Shown here in pieces: positions 31,086 to 39,243 of a DNA stretch of 64,000 bases. The stretch spans positions 501,160-565,159 of the forward strand of contig DAITMO010000001.1 of NCBI GenBank assembly GCA_036835125.1, read 5' to 3'. The notes under the pieces were generated by a model. It was not told the DNA's origin, did not search any database, and saw only the letters and a program-made list of their open reading frames with translations. The translations under genes were made by a program, and so were the position numbers. Source of the DNA: Patescibacteria group bacterium (lineage in GTDB: Bacteria; Patescibacteriota; Microgenomatia; UBA8517). The number at the start of each line of letters is the position of its first letter. The first letter of the stretch is position 1.

Positions 31086-32492
31086 TCACTCAATTATTGA
31101 TGAGGAATTAAACATTTTTGAGACAAATTCTTTCATATTAAAATCTCCAGCCTTTACTATCAATGCTTCAATGGGAAAGTTATTGGTAATTCTTTTTTCT
31201 TCTTCATTTATTAAATAAACAGATTTGATAAGCACTCCACTTGTTTGCTCTGTCGAAGCTTTAAAAATAATGAGTGCTGTATGGTTGGGTTCTATATCAA
31301 AATGCAAGCTATTTTTGAAAGTTATTTGTCCATCATCGCTTATTATTTGTATATTATCTGTATTCCAAATAGATTGTCCTGTATTTCTAACTAAAATTGC
31401 TCCAATAAAATCTGATCCAGTGAAAACAATGGGCTGTGCTAAAGCTCCCAATATTTGACCACTTTCAATTTGTGTAGGTTTTCCTTGAATTTTTATTATA
31501 TTTTTTACAACATCATAATAAGGAGAAGTCTTTCCATTCTTCATAATCCAAGAAAACTCTGCAAATGGGGGATTACTATAATCAAGAATAAAGGGAGTCA
31601 CCGCAACCACTCTTGGGTCATCCCAAACATTTTCAAAAGCATACTTATACAAGTCTGCTATTAAATCCGTTGGTACCTTTTCATTAGACCAACCAGTTTC
31701 TGTAATAAAGACTGGAAGGTTTTTATTTATACCCATTTGAGAAAGATAGGAAAGCTCCCAGTCATATGTATATATGCTTCCTCGTCCTTTATCTGTTGCC
31801 TTGCCCGCGAACCCTGGATTTGGATATGAATGGGAGGAAAGTCCATCAATATTTTCAAAAAGGTTTGGTTCAGCTACGAACATTTTCTTGAGATATAAAG
31901 CTTCATCCATGGTATCTTTAGAATTATTTGCTGATGCATCCATACCAGCAACCATTACAAAATAATCGGTAGAATCCTTCTTGAGTGCTAATGAAAACTC
32001 CTTCAAGTATGAGGCGTATGCAGCCGGATCAAGAGTTCCACCCCACTCTTTTGCATGATTAGGTTCATTTCCAATAATTACATAACGGTTTTGTATCACC
32101 CAATTTAGGGAACTCAGAAAATTAACCCAATTGTCAATTTCATCTTCTGAGGGTATTGTCCAATTTTCTCCTTCAGCCTTAGTTGCTATTCTCACAATTG
32201 GAATTAAATGTAATCTTCTTACTTGGTCAAAAGCCTTTTGCCATCTATCGTAATCGCGTTCTTTCTCTGTTATAACAAAAGTTACATAACCCCAATCTCC
32301 ACCTGATGAATTTACTAGGTCAGCTGCTTTTTTTAAATCATTTTCACTAGTTATATGAATTCCAAATTTATTGTTTGGTACTAAAGTAGGAGAATTAACA
32401 GCTAAGGTACAGGAATGTAGGCTAAAAAACATAATAAAAAAAGTTAAAATTGAGAGTATTTTTTTCATTACTGTCATATTTGATTGTATCAA
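31086..32492 (-). CDS. Lipoprotein glycoside hydrolase, clan GH-A (GH5-like)
   Basis: Lipobox LHSC. Conserved NEP catalytic motif (IIGNEPN) and other cellulase-superfamily features. Confidence 0.5.
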   Translation of the reverse strand: MIQSNMTVMKKILSILTFFIMFFSLHSCTLAVNSPTLVPNNKFGIHITSENDLKKAADLVNSSGGDWGYVTFVITEKERDYDRWQKAFDQVRRLHLIPIVRIATKAEGENWTIPSEDEIDNWVNFLSSLNWVIQNRYVIIGNEPNHAKEWGGTLDPAAYASYLKEFSLALKKDSTDYFVMVAGMDASANNSKDTMDEALYLKKMFVAEPNLFENIDGLSSHSYPNPGFAGKATDKGRGSIYTYDWELSYLSQMGINKNLPVFITETGWSNEKVPTDLIADLYKYAFENVWDDPRVVAVTPFILDYSNPPFAEFSWIMKNGKTSPYYDVVKNIIKIQGKPTQIESGQILGALAQPIVFTGSDFIGAILVRNTGQSIWNTDNIQIISDDGQITFKNSLHFDIEPNHTALIIFKASTEQTSGVLIKSVYLINEEEKRITNNFPIEALIVKAGDFNMKEFVSKMFNSSSIIE

Positions 32493-32549
32493 CTATTTGA
32501 CAAACTGAGAAACTATATTAGAATGTAAGTCCGGTAGTTACACAAAAAA

Positions 32550-32876
32550 ATGGGTAAAACTAAAAAAACAATTAATAAATCTTCAGCAAAGGAAAGTTAT
32601 GTAAAATGTGCAGAACTTTTTAAAATAATGTCTAATGAAAAAAGGCTTCAAATTTTGGATATAATTAAAGATAAGGAAGTTACAGTAAATGAAATTTCTG
32701 ATATTCTAGGGATTAGAAAATCAAACACTTCTCAGCACCTTTCATATCTTCGTTATACAGGAATTGTTGTTGCAAGACGTAGTGGAAAAAACATTTTTTA
32801 CAAGCTTGTTGATCCAAAACTTGTCGAACCTTGCAAAATTCTTTCTTCTTTAAAGATCAAAAATATTCTTGTATAA
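32550..32876 (+). CDS. ArsR-family HTH transcriptional regulator
   Basis: LQILDIIKDKEVTVNEISDILGIRKSNTSQHLSYLRYTGIV matches an ArsR winged HTH. Confidence 0.7.
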   Translation: MGKTKKTINKSSAKESYVKCAELFKIMSNEKRLQILDIIKDKEVTVNEISDILGIRKSNTSQHLSYLRYTGIVVARRSGKNIFYKLVDPKLVEPCKILSSLKIKNILV

Positions 32877-32930
32877 GTTCCTCTCGGCAAAAGCACTAGG
32901 CTCGTGATAAAATATGTATGTTTTTAATAT

Positions 32931-33002
32931 GGCCTTGTAGCTCAACGGATAGAGCAAATCCCTTCTAAGGATGAGATGGAAGTTCGATTCTTCCCAAGGT
33001 CA
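32931..33002 (+). tRNA. tRNA-Arg (anticodon TCT)
   Basis: Acceptor stem GGCCTTG/CAAGGTC, anticodon loop CTTCTAA. Confidence 0.75.
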
Positions 33003-33015
33003 CAACAGAAATATT

Positions 33016-34143
33016 TCAAGCATTTTTTATAGTTAAAAATGATTTTGAATAATTTACCCTTGTTTTTAGATTTTCTTCATATCTTCTGTCCTCTTCCATA
33101 AGAAATATTTTGATCTTTAAACTGTTCAAATTATGAGTATACAAATTATCTGTTAATTTTAATTTGTTTTTAATGTCATTGTTAGACATTTTTTTGTAAT
33201 ATTTAAGTTTAAATATTTCTTTTTCAATAAAACTAATATTTGGCACGTCGTCTATTTCTATTGCATGTACATCTCTATCTCTATTTTCAAGTTTTCTTCT
33301 AAGTTTCTCAACTCCAAATAAAAATTTGGAAGAATATTTTGATTTGTCTTTGATGCAATTTATGGTTGACTGGCTTGACTTGATTAAATAATCTTCAACT
33401 TCATTTTTGTTAATACAATTATTTAAATTCTTTAACAAAGCCTTATCGATTTGCTCTACACGTGATCTGTGGGTATTTATGATTACACCTATCTCCTCGT
33501 ATGTATAACACATACCATCTCTAAAACCATATCTTAATTCCAAAACAGCTTTCCATCTGGGTTTATTAATTCTGTTTATTAAATTTGATATTACTTCTTT
33601 TATATTGGACTCTTCAACTTGCTCATTTAGATCAACATTACTTATGTCTGGTAATATTTCCATTAATGTTTTGTTTGATTTATTTGGCTTATTATTAATT
33701 TCTTCAATATTATTTATGTCTTCTTCTAAGCTTAGATGGTTGTGTTTTTTCTGTGATTTATTCAAATATGTAATAATATTATTCCTAATAGCATGGTAGG
33801 CATATGTAGAAAATTCATTACCTAGAGATGGATTAAATAATTCAATTGCCTTATTTAATGCAATATTTCCTTCCTGAATTAAATCTAAAATGTCTACATA
33901 GCAAGGAAAGTATTTTGATACAACAGAAATAACTAAACCAAGGTTTTGTTCAAGAAATAGCTTTTTAGAGTTTTTGTTGGTTTTTGATTCTAATAAAAGT
34001 TGCTTTTTTTGAGCATTGCTCATTCTGGGGAGATTTCGTAATTCGCATAAGTAAAGACCAAATATGTCATCGCTTTCAGTCTTTTTAAAAATATCCAAAT
34101 AATTATCACATACACCAGGAGCAATTTGTTCTACTTTGTTCAT
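33016..34143 (-). CDS. Sigma-70 family RNA polymerase sigma factor with an extended C-terminal region
   Basis: Region 2 (NLGLVISVVSKYF...DLIQEGNIALNKAIELFNP...FSTYAYHAIRNNI) and a region-4-like HTH (YTYEEIGVIINTHRSRVEQIDKALLKNL). About 375 aa with an extra C-terminal segment. Confidence 0.6.
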   Translation of the reverse strand: MNKVEQIAPGVCDNYLDIFKKTESDDIFGLYLCELRNLPRMSNAQKKQLLLESKTNKNSKKLFLEQNLGLVISVVSKYFPCYVDILDLIQEGNIALNKAIELFNPSLGNEFSTYAYHAIRNNIITYLNKSQKKHNHLSLEEDINNIEEINNKPNKSNKTLMEILPDISNVDLNEQVEESNIKEVISNLINRINKPRWKAVLELRYGFRDGMCYTYEEIGVIINTHRSRVEQIDKALLKNLNNCINKNEVEDYLIKSSQSTINCIKDKSKYSSKFLFGVEKLRRKLENRDRDVHAIEIDDVPNISFIEKEIFKLKYYKKMSNNDIKNKLKLTDNLYTHNLNSLKIKIFLMEEDRRYEENLKTRVNYSKSFLTIKNA

Positions 34144-34201
34144 ATTAGTTAGGTATGAATTTTACCAGGAATTATTATTATATGAAGTATCTTTTTAAAT
34201 G

Positions 34202-34273
34202 AGCGGCGGACGAGAATTGGACTCGCTACTTTCTCCTTGGCAAGGAGACGTTCTACCGGTGAACTACCGCCGC
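34202..34273 (-). tRNA. tRNA-Gly (anticodon GCC)
   Basis: Reverse complement GCGGCGG...CCGCCGC with anticodon loop TTGCCAA. Confidence 0.7.
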
Positions 34274-34277
34274 AATG

Positions 34278-34350
34278 TGCTGAGGATGTGAGTTGAACAC
34301 ATATTTGACGCTCTTCAGGCGCCCGCCGTGACCACCTTGGCTACCTCAGC
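34278..34350 (-). tRNA. tRNA-Phe (anticodon GAA)
   Basis: Reverse complement GCTGAGG...CCTCAGC with anticodon loop CTGAAGA and T arm ATGTG/TTCAACT/CACAT. Confidence 0.75.
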
Positions 34351-34364
34351 ATATTTTAATTATG

Positions 34365-34438
34365 TGGTCGCTGAGGGACTTGAACCCCCGGCCTTCTCAG
34401 TGTAAATGAGACGCTCTAGCCAACTGAGCTAAGCGACC
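34365..34438 (-). tRNA. tRNA-Val (anticodon TAC)
   Basis: Reverse complement GGTCGCT...AGCGACC with anticodon loop TTTACAC. Confidence 0.8.
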
Positions 34439-34479
34439 TTTGAAAGTTCGCTTCATTTCAAAGATGTAAGCGACCTTTG

Positions 34480-34560
34480 TGCACTCGGAGAGACTCGGAC
34501 TCTCACGCCTTTCGGCATAGCTCCTTAGGCTACCGCGTATACCAATTCCGCCACGAGTGC
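34480..34560 (-). tRNA. tRNA-Leu, type II, with an apparent anticodon AAG
   Basis: Reverse complement GCACTCG...CGAGTGC. Anticodon stem GTAGC/GCTAT with loop CTAAGGA, long variable arm, T arm GAGAG/TCCGAGT/CTCTC. Confidence 0.55.
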
Positions 34561-34572
34561 TTGTCTAATAGG

Positions 34573-34656
34573 TGCCGAGAGCGGGATTTGAACCCGCACA
34601 CTCTTGCGAGCACACGCTCCTGAAGCGTGCCTGTCTACCAATTTCAGCACCTCGGC
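34573..34656 (-). tRNA. tRNA-Leu (anticodon CAG), type II
   Basis: Reverse complement GCCGAGG...CCTCGGC with anticodon stem CACGC/GCGTG, loop TTCAGGA and a long variable arm. Confidence 0.8.
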
Positions 34657-34740
34657 TCGTCAATTTATAACTTGCTCGACAATTATAACAAAAAAGTTCC
34701 AAACTTGACATATTAGATACATATATGTCATCCTGATCTG

Positions 34741-35373
34741 ATGCAGCGCCCACATTTAGCAGAAGAGGATTATAGCTTCTGGAAGAATATATTTCTTGTA
34801 TCTGTTTTCTTTTTTGTTACTCCACTAACAATAGGAGTAAGCTTGTTTTCTCTTTTTTCCTTAAAGAAGAACGATATTATTGAGAAGAAATTTAATACAA
34901 CAAACCTGATTGTATCTCCTAAATCAGGATTAAGTGTTTATGCCTCACTTCCAGGAGATATACCAACAGTTAATTCATCAATTGAAGTAGCTGATGCAAG
35001 ACCAGAGATAGTCAAAAAATACTTAGTTAGATATAACTCTCCACTTATCCCATACGCAGAATTATTAGTTGAGACTTCAGATAAATATTCTTTGGATTTT
35101 AGGCTTGTAACAGCAATTGCTCAGCAAGAAAGTAATCTATGTAAAATAATTCCTCCAAATTCATATAACTGTTGGGGGTGGGGAATACATAGTAAGGGGA
35201 CTTTAGGATTTGAATCATATGAGGAAGGTATTGAAACTGTCTCTAAAGGTTTGAGAGAAGAGTATTTGGGAAAAGGGTATATAACTATTGAAGACATTAT
35301 GTCAAAATACACTCCACAAAGTAATGGTTCATGGGCATTTGGTGTTAATTCTTTTATGTCCGAAATGCAGTAA
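34741..35373 (+). CDS. Membrane-anchored glucosaminidase/GH73-like peptidoglycan hydrolase (paralog 1)
   Basis: TM helix, then YNSPLIPYAELLV...DFRLVTAIAQQESNLCK...SYNCWGWGI, resembling the FlgJ/glucosaminidase domain. Confidence 0.45.
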   Translation: MQRPHLAEEDYSFWKNIFLVSVFFFVTPLTIGVSLFSLFSLKKNDIIEKKFNTTNLIVSPKSGLSVYASLPGDIPTVNSSIEVADARPEIVKKYLVRYNSPLIPYAELLVETSDKYSLDFRLVTAIAQQESNLCKIIPPNSYNCWGWGIHSKGTLGFESYEEGIETVSKGLREEYLGKGYITIEDIMSKYTPQSNGSWAFGVNSFMSEMQ

Positions 35374-35492
35374 TTAATTAACTATAAATTAATCTTCACA
35401 AAACTTGACAATCCTGTAGTATAGTGTTATAGTATCACTACATTCCGAGGCTTAGGCATGGAAACATGACCTCGGCGTTGGGATTTCTATTT

Positions 35493-35525
35493 GGGGGGTA
35501 TCGAAAGATACCCCCCTTCTTTTTA
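35493..35525 (+). terminator. Rho-independent terminator between the two GH73-like paralogs
   Basis: GGGGGGTATC-GAAA-GATACCCCCC (10-bp perfect stem with a GAAA tetraloop) followed by TTCTTTTT. Confidence 0.6.
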
Positions 35526-35541
35526 CAAATAATTAGAAACT

Positions 35542-36066
35542 ATGAGAGACGTTATATATACAATTATTCTTTTAATCGTACTGATATTTACGGGTGTGGG
35601 GAAGGTTTCTGCCCAAAACATATCAGCTTCTTCTGCTGCAATCAAAACCACATCTGAATCATTAGATTTTGATTATCGTGTAGAAAATTTAAGAAAGTTT
35701 TTGAATAAATACAATTCTCCTTTGGCTGAATACGCTGAGGTTTTTGTTATTTATGCTGATGAAAACAATCTTGATTACAGGCTTGTACCTGCAATTACTG
35801 GTGTTGAATCAACTTTTGGTAAAAGAATACCTTTGGACTCATATAATGCTTATGGATGGGCTAATGGTGAATATTCATTTAGCTCATGGGAAGATTCTAT
35901 CTCTCATGTTACTAACGTTCTTAAAAAGAAATATATTGACCGTGGAGCAAATACAATTTACGAAATTGCAAAAATTTACGCTCCTCCTTCCTCAGCGTGG
36001 GGTGGAAAAGTATCCTTCTTTGTTAAAAAGATAGATACGCTACCTCTCAATTTTGATATAATCTAA
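35542..36066 (+). CDS. Secreted glucosaminidase/GH73-like peptidoglycan hydrolase (paralog 2)
   Basis: Signal peptide, then YNSPLAEYAEVFV...DYRLVPAITGVESTFGK...SYNAYGWANG, collinear with 34741..35373. Confidence 0.45.
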   Translation: MRDVIYTIILLIVLIFTGVGKVSAQNISASSAAIKTTSESLDFDYRVENLRKFLNKYNSPLAEYAEVFVIYADENNLDYRLVPAITGVESTFGKRIPLDSYNAYGWANGEYSFSSWEDSISHVTNVLKKKYIDRGANTIYEIAKIYAPPSSAWGGKVSFFVKKIDTLPLNFDII

Positions 36067-36078
36067 ACGTTTAGATTA

Positions 36079-36160
36079 GCCGGGGTGGTGAAATGGTATA
36101 CACGCATGGTTTAGGACCATGTGCCCTTAAAGCGTGCAGGTTCAAGTCCTGTCCCCGGCA
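36079..36160 (+). tRNA. tRNA-Leu (anticodon TAG), type II
   Basis: Acceptor stem GCCGGGG/CCCCGGC, anticodon stem CATGG/CCATG with loop TTTAGGA, long variable arm. Confidence 0.8.
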
Positions 36161-36302
36161 CAAATGTGCTAATATAAACTATGGATTTAGATAAGCTTCA
36201 CATTCACCAAAACCACAGATCTTCTGCCAAAAACATAGTTTTTATGACAATTCCAATTATTGTATTTTTGCTTACTTTTGCTATTCTGATTAAAATTTTA
36301 AA

Positions 36303-36794
36303 ATGATTAAAAAATTAATTATACCTCTTGTTGCAGCCGCTCTTTTTATAGTTGCTGTTGGTATTTTTATTCAAAAATCAGGAACATGGAAACCAAGTGT
36401 AAGCCCAACACCAGCTCCAAAAACCCAGGTTGTAATTGGTGAAAAGATTATTGATGTAGAAGTTGCCAAAACAAATGAAGAAAGAGAGAGGGGATTATCG
36501 GGTAGAACTTCACTTGATGTTAGTAGCGGAATGCTTTTTGTATTTACTGAAGCTGGATATACTCCAAAGTTTTGGATGAAAGGCATGCTTATTCCTATTG
36601 ATATTGTTTGGATCAAAGATGGAAAGATTGTAAAGATAGACAAAAGTGTTCCTGTAGAAAAAGAGGGAACTCCAGAAAACAAGTACAAAACATATTCAGC
36701 AGGAAGTGTAAACTATGTTTTGGAAGTTAATGCCGGATTTTGTAATACCCATAAAATTTCTGTAGGAGATACTGTCTCCATCTCAGGGATTTAG
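36303..36794 (+). CDS. DUF192-family secreted/membrane-anchored protein
   Basis: N-terminal TM helix. The segment GMLFVFTEAGYTPKFWMKGMLIPIDIVWIKDGKIV resembles the DUF192 (COG1430) core. Confidence 0.5.
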   Translation: MIKKLIIPLVAAALFIVAVGIFIQKSGTWKPSVSPTPAPKTQVVIGEKIIDVEVAKTNEERERGLSGRTSLDVSSGMLFVFTEAGYTPKFWMKGMLIPIDIVWIKDGKIVKIDKSVPVEKEGTPENKYKTYSAGSVNYVLEVNAGFCNTHKISVGDTVSISGI

Positions 36795-38024
36795 ACTAAA
36801 CTCTTCAAGTTCTTTTATTCCACCAAAAGCAATTCTATCCATTACAACCTTTGCCCCACCAAAACTTTTAGCAGACCCTATTGTGAAGTCTCCCCATCTG
36901 TTATTTATTTTATCTATATTATCAATTAAATTTTTCTTTTTTATTTCATTTTCAAATAATCCAAGCTGCAGATTGTCATCTTTGGATAATGCAAATGCTG
37001 TTATAGCAATATTTAAAACTGGAGATCTGGGATCTGCTTCTAAAAGCAGTCTGAATGCCGATTTATAAAAATCTCTGGCATCAAAATAGGCTTTTCCCAA
37101 AAGTCTCCCTTTGTGCCACCAAGAACCGTTTTTATATATAATTGCCAAGTGTATTCCTGAAGCTTTATAACTAGCATTCCTTAACCTTCCTGACATTTTT
37201 TCTACAAGCCTTGCTAGAATGGGGGATAATTCTGTAACTTTTGATATGTTCTTACCAAGTGCAACAGAATTTCCAAAACTTCCACGTTTTACCTCAAAGT
37301 CGTCAATCTCATAACCAGAAAGCCTCATGTGCCAATAAAGACCCGTGATTGAATGAAAGGCAGCTTTAAGTTTCCAAATCGGGGCCTTATAGAAATCCAT
37401 TACAGAATAAATTCCCATAGAGTTTAATCTTGCCGCATTTCTTGTCTTTATTCCCGTCAAATCAGTAAGTTTTAAATTTTTATAAATTCCAATAAAATTA
37501 TTTATATCCAAAACATCCAACCCATCAGGCTTGTGAAGTCCTGCAGCTATTTTAGCCAAATATCTATTTGGTGCAATTCCGATAGACACTGTAAGCCAAT
37601 CCCCAATTTCCTTTTTTATTCTTTCTTTTATCTCACTAGCAACAACAATAGGAGAATTTTTAATTGTTGTATACTCACTAAGATTAAGAACAAACTCATC
37701 AATTGATTTGGGTGAAAAATCGTTAGTATATTCAGAAATAAGTTTTCTAAACTTTATGTGAACATTTCTGTATTTCCATGGGTCTGGAGTTAAAACTTTA
37801 AGTTTAGAATAAATTTTTTGAGCTTCCGATACCCACATTCCTGTTTTTATTCCAAGTCGTTTCGCTTCAATAGATGAAGCTAAAATACATCCTTTTTTTG
37901 AGTTAAAAGCAGCTACAACAATTGGTTTGCCTCGTAAAAAGGGGTTTGCTTGTTGTTCAATTGAAGCAAAACAAGAATTTAAATCCAAATGCAAACAAGT
38001 AGGGGAAATTGAATTAAATTCCAT
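36783..38024 (-). CDS. dinB: Y-family DNA polymerase (DNA polymerase IV-like)
   Basis: N-terminus LHLDLNSCFASIEQQANPFLRGKPIVVA (palm catalytic D/E), then finger, thumb and little-finger regions. 413 aa. Confidence 0.85.
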   Translation of the reverse strand: MEFNSISPTCLHLDLNSCFASIEQQANPFLRGKPIVVAAFNSKKGCILASSIEAKRLGIKTGMWVSEAQKIYSKLKVLTPDPWKYRNVHIKFRKLISEYTNDFSPKSIDEFVLNLSEYTTIKNSPIVVASEIKERIKKEIGDWLTVSIGIAPNRYLAKIAAGLHKPDGLDVLDINNFIGIYKNLKLTDLTGIKTRNAARLNSMGIYSVMDFYKAPIWKLKAAFHSITGLYWHMRLSGYEIDDFEVKRGSFGNSVALGKNISKVTELSPILARLVEKMSGRLRNASYKASGIHLAIIYKNGSWWHKGRLLGKAYFDARDFYKSAFRLLLEADPRSPVLNIAITAFALSKDDNLQLGLFENEIKKKNLIDNIDKINNRWGDFTIGSAKSFGGAKVVMDRIAFGGIKELEEFSLNP

Positions 38025-38247
38025 TTTCTATGTCAGTTAATTTCCAATTCAATGTGTCTGTATCTAAAATCAGTCTCATAAAAAGAGTTTTTGTGGAAAC
38101 AGAAAAAACATGATAGAGAGTTTTACCTTCACGATAAGTATGATGAAGCCCAAGTTTCTCAACTTTGTAAATTTTGTTTTTCCATTTAACCCATTTAGGG
38201 AAGGCATTTAATCCAACTTCTACTTTTTCATTAATTGGCTCTGTCAT
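38014..38247 (-). CDS. Small hypothetical protein translationally coupled upstream of dinB
   Basis: 77 aa. Its stop overlaps the dinB start by 11 nt. I recognise no family, though small partner proteins of Y-family polymerases (YolD/YqjX-like) occupy this position in other bacteria. Confidence 0.4.
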   Translation of the reverse strand: MTEPINEKVEVGLNAFPKWVKWKNKIYKVEKLGLHHTYREGKTLYHVFSVSTKTLFMRLILDTDTLNWKLTDIENGI

Positions 38248-38261
38248 AATTATTTTTACAC

Positions 38262-38285
38262 CCGAAAATAATACGAATCAAGTAC
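38262..38285 (+). repeat. 24-bp imperfect direct repeat, copy 1 (CCGAAAATAATACGAATCAAGTAC)
   Basis: 21/24 identity with copy 2 at 39192..39215. Lies in the divergent region between the dinB operon and the DUF3800 gene. Confidence 0.6.
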
Positions 38286-38357
38286 CTAAATATTAAATTG
38301 TGTAATTAATGTAATTTAATAATTGCAATAATTACAAGAAAATGCTAATCTGTTTTT

Positions 38358-39101
38358 ATGGAAGCAAAACCGGGACCAAAAACCAATAAATCGGTGTTTG
38401 GGTTTATGGATGAATCTGGGCTTTTGAAAACTCCTAATGAGAGGGTATTTGCGTTGGGAATAATAATACTACAGCATCCAACAGATTTACATAGAAAGAT
38501 TATCGATTTCAAATCAAAAAATAAAATAACAAGTGAACTCAAATTCACAGATATAGCCAACAAAAATCTCAAAATTTACAAAGAATTAATTGATCTATAT
38601 TTTAATATTAATTCTACTCATTTTTCTGTTATGATTTTTGATAAAAATACTATCGATATTAAGAAATACCACAAAGATAATCAGTATCATGCCTATAATT
38701 CTTTTACAGCAAAATTAATTTCAGAGTCATTGGATGTATCGGAGTATATTGCAGTTGTGGCAGATGATGTCACTACCCCTAAGGATGATAATTTTGAAAA
38801 AGTAATTAAACAACTAATTAAAAAACGTATCAGGAGAAATGCTTTATTTGGAATAATTAGAGCTGAATCACATGCTTTTACTCTTTTGCAAATGGCTGAC
38901 GTATTAATCGGTTTAGTTGCCTATGCATTCAAAATCAAGTATGGCCAAATCAAACCAGACAATAAGAATCCCAAGCTAAGAATATTAAAATACCTTCAAT
39001 CAAAATTAAATGAACCAGTCTTAAATAAAAATACTGAGAGAAAAATGACAGGTGGGAGAATATTCAAAATCAAAGAAGTAGTTTTCTCTCCAAAAAAATA
39101 G
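38358..39101 (+). CDS. DUF3800-like protein
   Basis: N-terminal FMDESG motif and C-terminal LLQMADVLIGLVAYA motif (acidic residues compatible with an RNase H-like nuclease fold). Paralog of 6734..7543. Confidence 0.55.
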   Translation: MEAKPGPKTNKSVFGFMDESGLLKTPNERVFALGIIILQHPTDLHRKIIDFKSKNKITSELKFTDIANKNLKIYKELIDLYFNINSTHFSVMIFDKNTIDIKKYHKDNQYHAYNSFTAKLISESLDVSEYIAVVADDVTTPKDDNFEKVIKQLIKKRIRRNALFGIIRAESHAFTLLQMADVLIGLVAYAFKIKYGQIKPDNKNPKLRILKYLQSKLNEPVLNKNTERKMTGGRIFKIKEVVFSPKK

Positions 39102-39191
39102 ACAGCGCTTTGGGCGTAATCGGGATCAAGCCCGCGCCCACGCATCTCTGTCTGTTTGTAGTTTAGCACATTAAGCTTGTAAGTCAATAGT

Positions 39192-39215
39192 CCGAACAAA
39201 ATACGAATCAAGTAT
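39192..39215 (+). repeat. 24-bp imperfect direct repeat, copy 2 (CCGAACAAAATACGAATCAAGTAT)
   Basis: Matches copy 1. Lies 29 nt upstream of the hydrolase gene start at 39244. Confidence 0.6.
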
Positions 39216-39243
39216 ATACTACTATGTCATGTTAAAATAAGTA

